Under the pieces are notes generated by a model. That model was not told the origin of the DNA and did not search any database. It was given only the letters and a program-made list of their open reading frames with translations. The position numbers and the translations under genes are program-made. From Podarcis vaucheri (taxonomy: Eukaryota), in assembly GCA_965113315.1 (NCBI GenBank), contig OZ220367.1: a stretch of DNA of 64,000 nt. One strand, 5' to 3'. Below are positions 51,400 to 64,000 of this stretch, piece by piece (the stretch's first letter is position 1; each line of letters begins with the position of its first letter).

Positions 51400-52040
51400 T
51401 TCTCTTTGTTGAGGTTTCCCAAGGAATCTGTACCCAGTCCTCTGCCATACTCTCTCTATGCTGGTCCTAGGTGACATCAAATCCAATCATTTTCAGAACC
51501 ACCTATATGCTGATAGCATGAAGCTCTGTTTCTCCTTGTGCAAGCACTGGTCTCCAACTGCCTATCAGATACTTCCATTAAGAATTGTCATTGCCATTTC
51601 CAATGTTCTCTAGTTCAAAATGGAACTTCTTATATTTCACCCCAAATCTTCCGCTCACTTGTACTCTCTTCATATCCACTGAGAGGTCACTATCCCCGCT
51701 AGGATCAGGTAAGAAACCCTGGCTTTGAATTAGTTTTCTCACTCTCTTTTACACTACATAATCAGCTCATAACTAAGCCACTTTTGTGTCTTCTGGTAAA
51801 ACACTGTAAAAATATGCCCTTTCCTCTCATTGTTTGGTCATGCCCCACCTGGACTACAACAACCTTCCCCTCCCTGGCTTCAGTCCTCACAGATCTGCCT
51901 ATAATTCTTCAAGCAAAATCGCTTGTCACTCTCAACATACAAATGATGTGTCACACTACTTAAAACCTACACTGGTTTTGCCGTTATCCACTGCCTCCCT
52001 CCTCCCATTTTGAATTTTAGAAATTGTAAACTCTTTGGAG
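51400..52040 (+). mobile_element. Very old L2 fragment
   Basis: HLYAD-like RT remnant near 51500, CTGGACTACAACAAC and a TGTAAACTCTTTGGAGCA terminus. Confidence 0.5.
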
Positions 52041-52591
52041 CAATCATCAACTGTTCTTTTCCTCACCCCTGGCTCTGATACCATGCAAACAATTGATGTT
52101 GCCATAAAAATAAATTCCATAGAAACTGGAATAAAAGTAGCCCCAAAGATTGAACTGTAAGCAAAAAATGCACTCCAAATAATCTGTGGAAGAATGGATA
52201 CAAGAGAAACAACATCTTGAGATGTAAAATCTGAAATGGAAAGTTAAGCCACAAAATATTTTGAATCAGAAAAATAGCATTCAAAACCCGTTTAGCGTTG
52301 TTTTATTAAGACTCTTTAAAACTGACTATCTGACAGAGCTACTGCACAAAAATCATTTTTTCCCAGTCATTTCGACAAGATTCTCTGTAGCTAATCTAGA
52401 CTAAATGTTGTAGATTATTATAACCTAATTCACGTATTTCAGAATTCAATCATCCACCCTATTAAATTTTCTCATAGTCACTTTATAAGCAGTCAAAAGC
52501 AGTCCAATTCATTTGCAGCTATAGTGACAAATAAGCAGGGCACTTTGAGCCTGTGTAATGGAACAGTTATAAAAAACAGCTTTAAACAAAA

Positions 52592-52766
52592 TGAACAGTA
52601 ATACACAATCACCTTGCACGACAGGAATCAAAATAACCTGCAAACTTCTTTATTATTATTATTTCAGTTGAAAGTGTCGAGACTTTCAACTGATAATACT
52701 AATAATAACAACGTTTGTAGGTTGTTTTGATTCCTATTGTGAAAGGTGATTGTACATTACTGTTCA
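52592..52766. repeat. 175-bp imperfect palindrome (fold-back element)
   Basis: Arms 52592-52675 and 52682-52766 differ by about 11 substitutions and 1 indel; 6-nt centre GTCGAG. Confidence 0.9.
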
Positions 52767-53227
52767 AAGAAGAAGGGGGTGAAGCACCAAGCTTACAGAA
52801 TGTGAAGAAAACACATTTATTCCAACATTCAAAATCCTGCAGAACAGTTAGCTATACCGATAGAAGTTATTTTCATTGCAGCAAGTACCCTAAACAAAAC
52901 AGAAATCAATAAATGTTCAGTTAGAATTCACAACATGTACAAAGGATAGACAAAATGAAGTACACTACCCTTAAGATAGTGGGTGCTTTATTCCCCTAAC
53001 ATTTTAATTACCAGTACTATCCCCCGACTAAATAGAAACCCACTAAGTGAGCATGTTACAGTGAATGCCTGCAATTTACTTCAGCAGTCGCATACCAATG
53101 CTGTAGATCTCATTCAAATATTATGAAAGTCCAAACACACCAAAACACATGAACACCTATATGTCTGCACTTAGCAGTGCTCAGGAAACCTTACATTATT
53201 ATTTGATGCAAAACAATGCATGTCTAC

Positions 53228-53364
53228 CTGGTGTGGGGAACCTTCAGCCCACCATATGCTGGTGATCTACAGCTCCCATCCTTCCTAGCCATTGGCTGTG
53301 CTTGCTGGGGGTGATGGGGTTTATAGTTTAGTAACATCTGGAAGGCCAAAGGTTACTCAGACCT
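53228..53364. mobile_element. Old hAT-like MITE
   Basis: GTGGGGAACCTT...CTACAGCTCCCATC...CATCTGGAAGGCCAAAGGTT pattern. Confidence 0.6.
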
Positions 53365-55675
53365 AATACAAATTTTTAAAAAAGACCAGATTTGCATTTT
53401 TGCATTCCTAGTTGCTCTCTCCACATATAATTACAGCGGTCATGGAGTTCTAACCCAAGCCAACTCTAATCCTAGCCTAGCTCCCTTGGCAAGGGTAACC
53501 CAGATGTTTACACTTTTGAGTCCTTTCTGCTTGCTTCTTCCCACTTTTCAATATGAACAAAGGCTCATCAGGGCCCAGATTGGTTTTCCACACTAATGCA
53601 CCCCTAAGTGCAAGTCATTTAGTAAATTAGAGTGTATCTAAGCATGCACAGAGTGCATCTTCCTCACTACTTTGTTTTTAGAAGCTGCTCCTACACATGT
53701 TTGATTGGCAAGATGGGATATTCTAACCAGCAAAATGTTACTGGGAATCTTTAGTCCCAGCACCTCTCTTTTTAGAAACTATGTAATGTTCCTTGCACAC
53801 TTAAAAACTGTATCTGGCGGATCATGGCATGTCTTTTAGGTTCCTGCAAAATAAGATACAATTAAAGCTTGTAGCACCCATGCTACCATGCAAAGAACTG
53901 CAGCCTATGTACATACGGTACTTTTTTGCGCAGGAAGGTGACGTGGACATGAGAAATCTAATAGAGCTTTGTTTCTGATCATATCCAAAAGAAGGGGTCT
54001 GAAAATACCATAGTCCTACAGCAGCTGACAAGACTGCTCTGTTGAATTTCCTTGATTAATCACAGTCTACATTCAGGTTTATTTTAGGGTTTCCAGTACA
54101 CTGTTACTGTTATGCAGTAGAGGCCAAAAAAAGGGGGGGTGGATTTGACACTAAATGAAGGAAAAAGAAGGGGATGGAATAGAAGTGAAAGTTCTCTACA
54201 TTGTAAACTACGGTTTGTATTAGTGAACTCTGGGAATCATATGTCTTTTTCCAAAAAAAAGGTATTTAAATGAGATATTCACTTTAAAAATGAGTATCAT
54301 AATTGATTGAAAACTCAGCATTTATTATAGAGCAATAAATATAAATTTCTGTTATGGCTATATGACTTTAGGATTTTATTCCTTCTTGCTGCCTTAAGTT
54401 GCTTAGGTAGACTAATATTTTAAAATATCACCTTAATTTCTTAAATAATCAATCAGAAAAAATAGTTGTATAAATAATTTATAGCTACAACTAATAATAA
54501 AATCAGACTATTAAAATTTATAGACGTGCAACCTGCATGTTATCACAACTGCTAGTTTTTACATTCTGCCCTCTAACTGTAGATTCGAAATCTCTTTTAT
54601 CCTCATCCATTCTACCAAACCTAATTTTGGTACCTGACCAATGCTCGTTTCCTCTTGTCTCTGTTTTTTCCTCCTTGAGCATAGCAAAGCAGAAAAACCA
54701 GAGCTGAATTACAAAAAGGCATAAAAAGAGGGAGAGAGAGGAGATAGGTGCCTTGACTGAGAAACAGATTGCTCTCTCTCTAGTGCTAAGGTTTTGAAGA
54801 AGACAATACCATTTCATTCTAACTTTGCCTTTATAAATCCATCTGTTTAATGGCAGAAAGTAAAACATCAAGCGAATGCATAATAGTCCAAGTCTAATTC
54901 AAAGCAGTATACAGAGACTAATGTCAAATCTTTACCTAGCAACAATGACAAACAAACAAAAATATATCATACCCAGGGTACTGCAACAGTCACTAGTCTG
55001 CTCAAAACTCAGAAATATCACCAATCATACATCTACAATGCCCCCACACTGGTGAATAGAGAGTCTCTGTATGTGTAACTTAAGGTACATTGCACAATGT
55101 GTTGTGTTTTTTGTTTTGTTTTGCTCAGCTATACTGCAATTTCTGTAAGTTTCACAGCTGGCCTGCAAATTAAAAAAGAAACACACACAAGGTGATAGAC
55201 AGCTCTTTTCTAAGGTCTCACAAGCAGAATTTAAAACCCCCTAGGTTTAAACTTTTCAATTTGCTACTTAACAGTTGAATAAACAACAGATACCCAGTAC
55301 TGTATGTTTCCTATCAAATCCACTCTTCAAAGCAATTTGAACCCCTTAAATGCTTCTGCTCCATCAATCAAAATGAAACTTGAATTAAGACTAATAGTCA
55401 GACATCTGTTTTGCTTGCTTTTTTTGTACCCACTTTTCAGAGTAGATAAAAAAATGATTATTTCTTACAAAAATAATACACCCAGATGTTTTTGTTTTAT
55501 AAAGGATGTAAAAAACTTTAAATGATAGATTTGTTTGCTGTTTTTGTGTGGGTAGGACTGGTTCAGGGAAAGTCTGAAGCATGAAGACCCAAGGAAGAAG
55601 AGAATGCAACAGTTGTCCATTATGCCTATTCCCATGTTCCCTTATATGGGCTGAAATCCTACACTCACTTGACAG

Positions 55676-55826
55676 GTGGAGTCTCCTACTTTGGAGGTCT
55701 TTAAGCAGAGGCTTGACAACCATATGTCAGGAGTGCTCTGATGGTGTTTCCTGCTTGGCAGGGGGTTGGACTCGATGGCCCTTGTGGTCTCTTCCAACTC
55801 TATGATTCTATGATTCTATGATTCTA
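55676..55826 (+). mobile_element. CR1 LINE 3' end
   Basis: GGGGGTTGGACTCGATGGCC...TTCCAAC followed by an (ATTCTATG)n tail. Confidence 0.87.
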
Positions 55827-56013
55827 AGCTGCATAGAAGTTAATGAGAGTCTTCCAACTTGAAACTAGATTGAGATGTTGACCTAACAAATTGTTATGGG
55901 TGCTTAGTCCTAACAAAGAACCTATTTGGAAATATTTTTAATACATTCCCCTTGTAGGTTAAATAAAAGGGAAAGAAATGTAAAATGTATACAGTGCAAC
56001 AAAGAGATTCAAG

Positions 56014-56311
56014 ATGATGATGATGATGATTACCCCGCCCATCTGGCTGGGATTCCCCAGCCACTCTGGGTGGCTCCCAACAGAATATTAAAAACATGAT
56101 AAAACATCAAACATTGAAAACTACACTAAACAGGGCTGCCTTTGGATGTCTTCTAAAAGTCAGTTGTTTATTTCCTTGACATGTGATGGGAGGGCGTTCC
56201 ACAGGGCAGGCACCGCTGCTGAGAAGGCCCTCTGCCTGTTTTCCTGTAACCTCACTTCCCACAGTGAGGGAACCACCAGAAGGGCCTCAGAGCTGAACCT
56301 CAGTGTCCAGG
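56014..56311 (-). mobile_element. L2 LINE 3' fragment with (CAT)n tail
   Basis: Peptide RAFSAAVPALWNALP is typical of the L2 ORF2 end; homologous to 38449-38726. Confidence 0.82.
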
Positions 56312-56523
56312 CAACTGCAAGAGTGAAACATAGGTTGTTGTACGCACTATAGCTTTGAATTACATTCAAAACACATTCTTTCTCTCAAAGAATTCTGGGC
56401 TCTGTAGTTTGTTAAGAGTTGCTGGGAATTATAATTCGGTGAGGGGTGAACTGCAATGCCAGAGACTTCTTTAAGAGAAAGAATGTGTTCTAAAGGGTTG
56501 TGTGTGTGTTTGTGTGTGAACAT

Positions 56524-56657
56524 CACGGATGGTGAACCTGTGGTCCTTCCACATATCACTGGACTACAACTCTCATAAATCCTGGCCAATGTCCATGCTG
56601 GTGCCTGATGGGAGTTGAAGCTCAAAAACATCAGGCGAGCTGCAGGTTCCCCACCAT
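56524..56657. mobile_element. Old hAT-like MITE
   Basis: GAACCTGTGG...GGACTACAACTC...GATGGGAGTTG...CAGGTTCCCCACC pattern. Confidence 0.6.
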
Positions 56658-56944
56658 GTACATAATACTCTGTTTTGTTGGAAGTGACATGGTTCATGAT
56701 CCAATTTGCACCATTGTTTAAGAAATTCAAGAGGGAAATGAGATCTAAATCAATCCACCCTGCTGCTTTCACAAGAGGTGAAGAAGTAGTAACAGAGGCA
56801 TTTAAGTTAGGTCAGAAAAAGGAATCCATATCTTTTTCATTTTTATTTTAAATAGCTGGCAGGTATTCACCCTACAGCACAAGCATACATTAATTGTTTT
56901 TCGCTAGCCTGCACCCAACAAAACAATCCACAATTACACTAGTT

Positions 56945-57080
56945 CAGGCATAGGCAAACTCAGCCCTCCAGATGTTTTGGGACTGCAGTTCCCATCATCC
57001 CTGACCACTGGTCCTGTTAGCTAGGGATCATGGGAGTTGTAGTCCCAAAACATCTGGAGGGTCAAGTTTGCCTATGCCTG
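56945..57080. mobile_element. hAT MITE (136 bp)
   Basis: TIR CAGGCATAGGCAAACT; 8-bp TSD CACTAGTT. Confidence 0.92.
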
Positions 57081-60000
57081 CACTAGTTAATAGGCTTCCC
57101 AACAGTGAGCCTGATAGTTATATCTGGAAATGTTACAAAATGCAGGATGGGGAAGAGTCTCCACACCCTGACTCACTCTGAGAGCTGCTCGCACAAAGTA
57201 GGTCAAGTTTAAAAAGTTGATACAATCAGATCATGTTCCTGTGTGTTAGAAGTTCTTTTTTTAATGAATATACATTTTGCCTTAACGTTATAAAACCCTT
57301 TTGTTCTGCTCTGTGTGCAAGTTCTAACAAGTTGCAATTTAAAAAAAAAAACCTATTTAATTTATGTGAATTAAATTTGCTGCCAAGGATAAGAGATTTG
57401 CCAAACAGCTCTGCTTTTGGAACAGGTAACATATTTCAGAACCCTTTTACTCTATTTGCAAATATAATTGCCTAGGAAACTTCCATAAACAAATGGATAC
57501 TTTTTACATTACAGATGAAAATAGCAATACTGTACTATTTTGTAAATTGGCTTTAGTAAGACCTTAAAAATGTAGGGAAACATATGTATCCAAATAATTC
57601 ATAAGTATTCTCATTGACTTACAAATCGTAACCCTGCATATATTATTAACTGGTACTCTTTTTTAAAAGAGTACAACAGCAATGAACAGAAACAATAAAC
57701 TCCATGAAGTATCTTGCTTTCAGAAGTATTTTACATTTGACACACAATATATTTTACCCAGTGTGGGAAATTCAAAACATTCTTTTTGAAATCCCCTGTT
57801 GCCCTAATTAAAAATTATGAAGTATCAAGAGGTATTCTTGTCATGGAATTAACCAAAATTCCCAAATGAATTCTCATTACATTTCAGTCCAATTAGGCAA
57901 ACTAGCATTCCAAGGTTCTTAAGATTTTGTAAAGTGCTTTTGGACTGTCTCCCCACACATATTTGCGCATTTTAATAAAAGCAGCTTAAAACAAATAGTG
58001 GCAGCAACAAGAAAACCAGTATCTTGGGGCTGCATAGGAGTGAGTGCTGTAGAACCCTGTAGAACTGTTTTCCTACGAAAATGTGCTGCAGTTTTCCATA
58101 ATATTTCTGCAAATATGCTTTTGGGTCAATATATTACATGTGGCTATTTGAGGGAATGCTTTCAACTCAACTTTAAATTTTACCTTTTTTGCATGTTATA
58201 AATATAGAGTTTTTAGAATCACAGGAACAGTTACATAATGCAATATGTATTATTTTGGTGTGTCTTAGGGGATAACCTTTAATTACAGTTATAGTACACA
58301 CACACAAACACACACACGTATATACAGCAAGATCCATCATAAAAATAAGATTAGTGTGTTGCATATAAGCAAAGCTTTATAGTTAATAAATTTATAAAGT
58401 GTTTGTGACTGGCTCTATATCACATCTAAATTTCCACGGCAGCTAGGATAGCATTTAAAGTGTTGGTAAACAACATTGTATGGATATATGATCCCATCAG
58501 TTAGAATATTTTGAATTATTAGTATGATGGTGGGAATGGAAGTTAAACAGGAACACACACATACACTTGGTGAATCAGCAGTGGTAAATGGAAGCTTGAT
58601 TATCCACATATAAGGGGAGGCAATTCTACACACAGCTCTTCATGTTTATTGACATCACAAATTTCTAATGACCTAACCCATTTTCTAGCTGGACTCACAT
58701 TCAGTATTGTCACTTCTCCTCCCAACTTTTAAGCCAGTCAGGAGGAAAAGAGAGTCTTGGTTAAGGTTCCATTTCCCTTCAGTTGCTAGGTTCTCAAGAT
58801 GTATGTTTGTCTGTTCTGCACACGATATCCTGAGCAAAACATCCCCTTGTACTTTTAACCTTCCTGTGAGCTTTTGATCTGCCTATGCCTGAAAGCCTTT
58901 AAAACAAAAAGCTACAGTTTTACAACCAAAAACTCAACATAAATGGCTGAAAGCCAGCACGTACCAGTGTTCATTAGATGTGTCACATTAGCAGTGCCCC
59001 AAAAGAGACAAGTTTACTAAGATTCTGTGCCCAGTTGCATGGAATTTTTTTTAGTCACCACAGGTGATCAGGTAAATGCGTATTTACAGGTCTGAGCTGG
59101 TCTAAACTGAGGTTGGAAATTAAAGGTGCTTTGGGCTAGGCTTTCAAACTCTAAAACATTAATATTTACCTAACTAACATGAACCTTACTAACATAAGCT
59201 TGTGCAAAGGCCATTTGTGTATTTGCAGCTATCATTCACAACTTGCAGACTTTTATACAATCTGCCTTCAATTTTAACCAGCTTCATCAAGCCAGAACTA
59301 CAGCACCATTATTATATTTTCTTCTTCAAACACCAAATTCAGTTCAATGGAGACATTATCTATTTTAAGGAAGATAATTACAAATTAGGACAACCAATAT
59401 AGTTCCCTGATAGCAGTAATATGATAAGGAAACAGCTTGTCTTGTTAACAACCTCAATATGTATTTCTGATACCTGGAATATATGCAGAAGACATACTCA
59501 ACACACTATAAAAATATACTGCTCAAACAAACTCTTGACATTTTAGATCACCATTTCCCATGAGAAAAACACTTAAATGGGATACAAATCTATCCAAATG
59601 AAGATCATGTCAGCAGCACTAAAGCAGCCTTGCAGTACATGATTTCCATTGCAATAACTCTGGAGACAGAAAATCAAGTGTATTTTTAACTCATGTCTCC
59701 CTTTCTCATATCCGATTTTATGGAGATTTGTAGCACAAATCTTCAATGCATGACTACATAATTAATATCCATGTTTATTTTATTAACTTCCGTAATTCTT
59801 GTGACAAATATTCTCTTTTCTGTGTTCTGAGGATATTGAATAACGACACAAAGTATACTCAGCCACATTACTAAGGCAGTTTCACACAATCCCAGAACAA
59901 TTCAAAATATATTCATTTCCAATGCTGCAAAGTTCTAAGTACAATCTGGGCCTTTGTGAAAGCGAGGACTGAAAATCTGAGGTTGGTACTGGGAAAATAA

Positions 60001-62386
60001 CCCTCCATGATGTGTTGAACTGCAGCATATTCTCATTAGTGGAAGAGTAAAATAAAACTTTTTTATTTTCATATTCTCTTCCACATTTCAGCCCACTTCT
60101 CTCCAACAGATGGCAGATCCTAAAAAGCAGCAGCCAGTAGTGGCCGGCAGAGTGGAGTGAAGTGGCATTGCTTACCCGACTTCCCAACAGGTCACTGCTG
60201 GTAACTGAGAGGGGAATGGGGGCAGGGGACAAAGCAGTAGTGTGGTTTGATCCACTGCTGTGCCTGCATTGCGCCAATCCAAAATTCCCTCCATTGTCCC
60301 TGCTCCACATCACAGCTGCCTCTCCTCTCTGCTACCTCTCCCCGTCCAACACCAGCAATGACCTCCAAATTGGGAAAACATTCTGCCCTGCCAGCTATTT
60401 ATGGAAACTGCAACTACAGAAACCTCTTTTTACACCCACTTGATACAATAGCATCATGGATAAATTGAGGCCTTTAGTCAATTGTCAAGAGACTGAGCTG
60501 GGGCATAGGCAAAAGATAGCCTCCGAGTTGTGTTTGGCCCAAGCCATTGAGGTTGTTTCCTCTTTCCTTGTAATAAACCAATATTTCTTGTAGAATATTT
60601 GTGAGAGTGTTTATTGGGTATACAGCTTTGATTAGGTGTACACTTAGAACAGCATGCACTTGTCTCCATGCAAAAGGTTTCATTACTCATTGAAAAAATG
60701 TATTGGGGAATCATATGCGAGGTGGACTGACATAGGGGTGAATGTGTGTAGCAGTTTCCCACAATGGAATGCTTTTCCATTGTTGCAGAGAAGTGCTCTG
60801 AGAAGGAAAAAAATGTCAGCTACCACGCATCTACCCTAAAATTCAGAATGTAAGGGAAAGGCACATCTTTCTTAGTCCAGCATCTTGTTCTCACAAAAAT
60901 ATGATACAATATAATACAAAAAAAATTTCTAAAATTAAAATTAGAAAGCATTTGACACCAAACTCCAGGAAATGAAGATAATATCACATGGTTGGAGCAC
61001 ACGGGGGTTTGTACATATAAGCACAGGCAATGAGTTCTGAATTGCTGAGGTCACCTATTGAAAGCATTTTATGTGCCAGGCAACCCCATGTCCTCTGGTC
61101 ACTAATAAATGAGATAGCCTGAGTGACAAGGGAATGCCCGTCTCTGTAGATGAGAGGGCCTCCTAATTATTTCTGGATTAATGTGAGTCTATGACAGTCC
61201 TGAAATGCAGTAAGCATCAAGTCTTCAAGTTTCCACCTCATTTAGGTAATAATGCTTCTATACCACAGCCCTGTAAAGGCAGCAAGACTATGCATAATAG
61301 AAAAGCAATTAATACATCCAAGGGAAAGACAATGCTACTGGAACCAGACATATTTCAGCAGAAGAATAGCAGGTTAGCAAAAAGTAGCCTGCACTATTTG
61401 CTGACGTTCCTGTTCTAAAAAGTTGTGTGTGTTTTTTAAGTCTCTAGTTACCTGATTGAGCACTTCAGAAGCAAGCACTTATCAAATGTAACCTAAGCAC
61501 AGATCAATTACAGTGGCAGCTTCTGTAATCTACGGTCAGCCATGGATACTCTCTAAGGGCCAATCCCCCCAAGCAAGCCCCACTGCAGTTAATGAGAAAG
61601 TTAAAAAGGCAAATTTGACTTCTACTTTGTATACCTTGAAGAGTCGGTATAAAATTAATTTCCACTCTGTTAGAGTAATTTATTTTTAAGACAGCAAATT
61701 TCTTGAAGGAGAGCAGTCTATAGCACCATTTCTGAAAGTGCTTATTGATTATCAGCCAGACCTAACAAGATATTTGACTTCTTGAAACTGTGCTTAATTT
61801 CTTTGTCACTGTGCTGCATTTTTCTGATCTGAATTCTTTTCCGGTACTTTTGCCTTCAGAATGTCACTCTCTCTTTGACTTAATATTCCAGAAAGGTGCC
61901 CAAGAGCTTTTTAATTAAGAATAATAATTATATGCAAAGCAATGTATATATTATGAGAATACAATAAGCACAGAAGATATATGCATGTTAGGCAACAAGG
62001 ATGCATTCAAAGCAGCCAATAAAATCTATTGATAATATATCATGGCCTTTATCAATCTAGTGCCCTCTGGATGTTTTTGGACTACAATTACCATCAACCC
62101 TGACAAATGCACAATGTTGCAGTCCAACATCATCTGGAGTTTAACAACTGAATGGCAACACTACAAACTCCTAAATGAAACTAGCTGGGCCAAGAAGACT
62201 CTTCACATAGGGAATTCTAGCTGCATAAATACAAAATGCAACGTAGAGAGTATCAAGTGCAAATGCACATTTTGTAGAAGCAATAAAGGGGGGCTATTAA
62301 ATACTCAGTCTGAGCACAAGGGGATAGACATACATATTTTGAAATTCATATTGTTAATCAGTGCTTAAAACCATCAATTTTTCCAC

Positions 62387-62417
<31 letters not shown>

Positions 62418-63229
62418 GTATAATGCATGTGTGCAAGATTAATAACATAATTATTTCTCCATCTCTGTATGACATGGGACCAGCTTGTACATCTTTGAGT
62501 TGTGGGGTAATGAACTTGCCTCAAAAATATGCTTATTGCCAGGATGACTGAAGCAGCTCTCTGAAGACACATGGTACCAAGATTTGGTATACATGAGGGA
62601 AACCAAGGGGAAGCACATGATCTTGAATAACAGCTCCTGAGAGGATAACCCATTACATTTCCAGTATCTCTTGTTTAGTCCATTTTGATGCATTGGCAGC
62701 AAACACACCACTTGAAACGAGAGGCGAAGGACAGTGTAATGAAAGCAACACTAAGACAAAAAAAATCAATAAATCAATATTATAGCACAGGGAATTAGGT
62801 TTTATTCCTCATTAGACCAAAGCAACTGGGCTCCTCACTGAGAGGTAGCAGTAGGAAATTAAAATCAAGAAAGAATCTAATCCTTTGCACTTGTCTCAAA
62901 GTTTTTCTGCAATTCCAGTATAGCTGTTTTAGAGACAAGCGCAGAGCTTTCTGTATGCAAGTTTTCTACTGGAAACATTTAATCATAGTCTTGCAGCAAC
63001 ATAAATCACATTCCTGGATGTATTTTAGCATGTGTTCGTATTAGAAATAATCAATATATCGTACAACATCAACATGAGATTAAAAAAATACCAACAAAGA
63101 TGAAAATGCTAAATAGACTTGATTCAGAATAATATGCCAGGGAGAATAAAAACTGAAGACCAGCTGTTCAGATTTCTTGAACAGCAGCAGAAGGGTATCA
63201 AAGAGGGGTGACACATTTCTCCCTAGATA

Positions 63230-63990
63230 TGGAATTATAAAGCTAAGACACAGTAACAGAGAAGGCCCTATTATACTCCAAGCAAATACAACTTGGATGT
63301 TGGAGGAATGTGGTGGATGGTATCTCAGACGAGCAGACAGGCTCATATGAGAGGATGGTTCTTAAGGAAACCTCACCCCAAACCATTTAGGGCTTTAAAG
63401 ATCATAGCAAGAACTATGAATTGGTCCTGAAAATGAATCTGAAACCAATAAAGCTGTTGATATAAGAGTTATATGCACCTGATCATCAGCACCAGTCATC
63501 TATCTGACCACTGGCTGGATCCTGGGCAAGCTGGAACTTTCAGACACTTTTCAAAAGTTTTGAGAGCACTGAAGTCTAACCACAATGTAACTAAAGACAT
63601 GTGACACAACAGCCAAATCTGACTTCTTTAGGAATGGAAACAGCTGGCATACCCACCTAAGCTGGACAAAACAGTTCCTTGCCACTGGAAGCACACCCAG
63701 ACTGCCAACCTGAATGATTAATGGATGTGCTATTACATCCAACATGGACTCCTGTCTTGTCAGGATTAAATGTCAATCCATTACTAACCTCAAGCACGGG
63801 GTCAGAACCTCAACAGCTTTCCCAAAATATGACAGAAAGCAAAGATAATGTGGGGTGTTTTTTACATACTGGTGAAATTGTACTCCAAATCCCAGAACAT
63901 CTCTCCTATTTTATGTAAATGTGCATTTTATGTAGATGTTAAACAACTTGGGGAAACAGAATGGGGCCCCAAGGATACTTGGCAGTGCTT
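63230..63990 (-). mobile_element. Degenerate L2 fragment
   Basis: CCATTTAGGGCTTTAAAG and the minus-strand peptide LFPFLKKSDLAVVSH resemble L2 ORF2. Confidence 0.6.
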
Positions 63991-64000
63991 AGAGCTAGAA

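Noticed and set aside
52067-52154. 88-nt minus-strand exon-like segment
   Set aside because: Splice signals are plausible, but none of the three open frames is recognisable and it abuts an old L2.

Overview
Repeat-rich vertebrate DNA, most likely a squamate reptile and probably a lacertid lizard. This is inferred from a Sauria SINE, a BovB end, a tRNA/CR1-tailed SINE and lizard-type L2 ends and MITEs. No host protein-coding gene could be recognised, so the window is probably a large intron or intergenic. Main contents: (1) a young full-length L1 (822-7030; ORF1 intact, ORF2 broken by one nonsense codon, 17-bp TSD) inserted into ORF2 of an older related L1 (1-821 and 7048-8828). (2) A Penelope-like element (PLE) cluster at 38723-40354: two fold-back insertions in a (TA)n tract that grew from an L2 tail, carrying four minimal hammerhead ribozyme motifs. 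The short unit has a foreign 64-nt CpG-rich leader joined exactly at a splice-acceptor-like AG of the pseudo-LTR (pLTR); this is the most novel-looking observation. (3) A decayed Ngaro/DIRS tyrosine recombinase fragment (about 31490-31820). (4) An old 175-bp fold-back element (52592-52766). (5) Many L2, CR1, RTE and BovB fragments, SINEs, hAT, Tc1-mariner and Harbinger-like MITEs, two probable solo LTRs, microsatellites and a 131-N gap. Family names come from motif recognition by eye, not database searches, and boundaries of old fragments are approximate.
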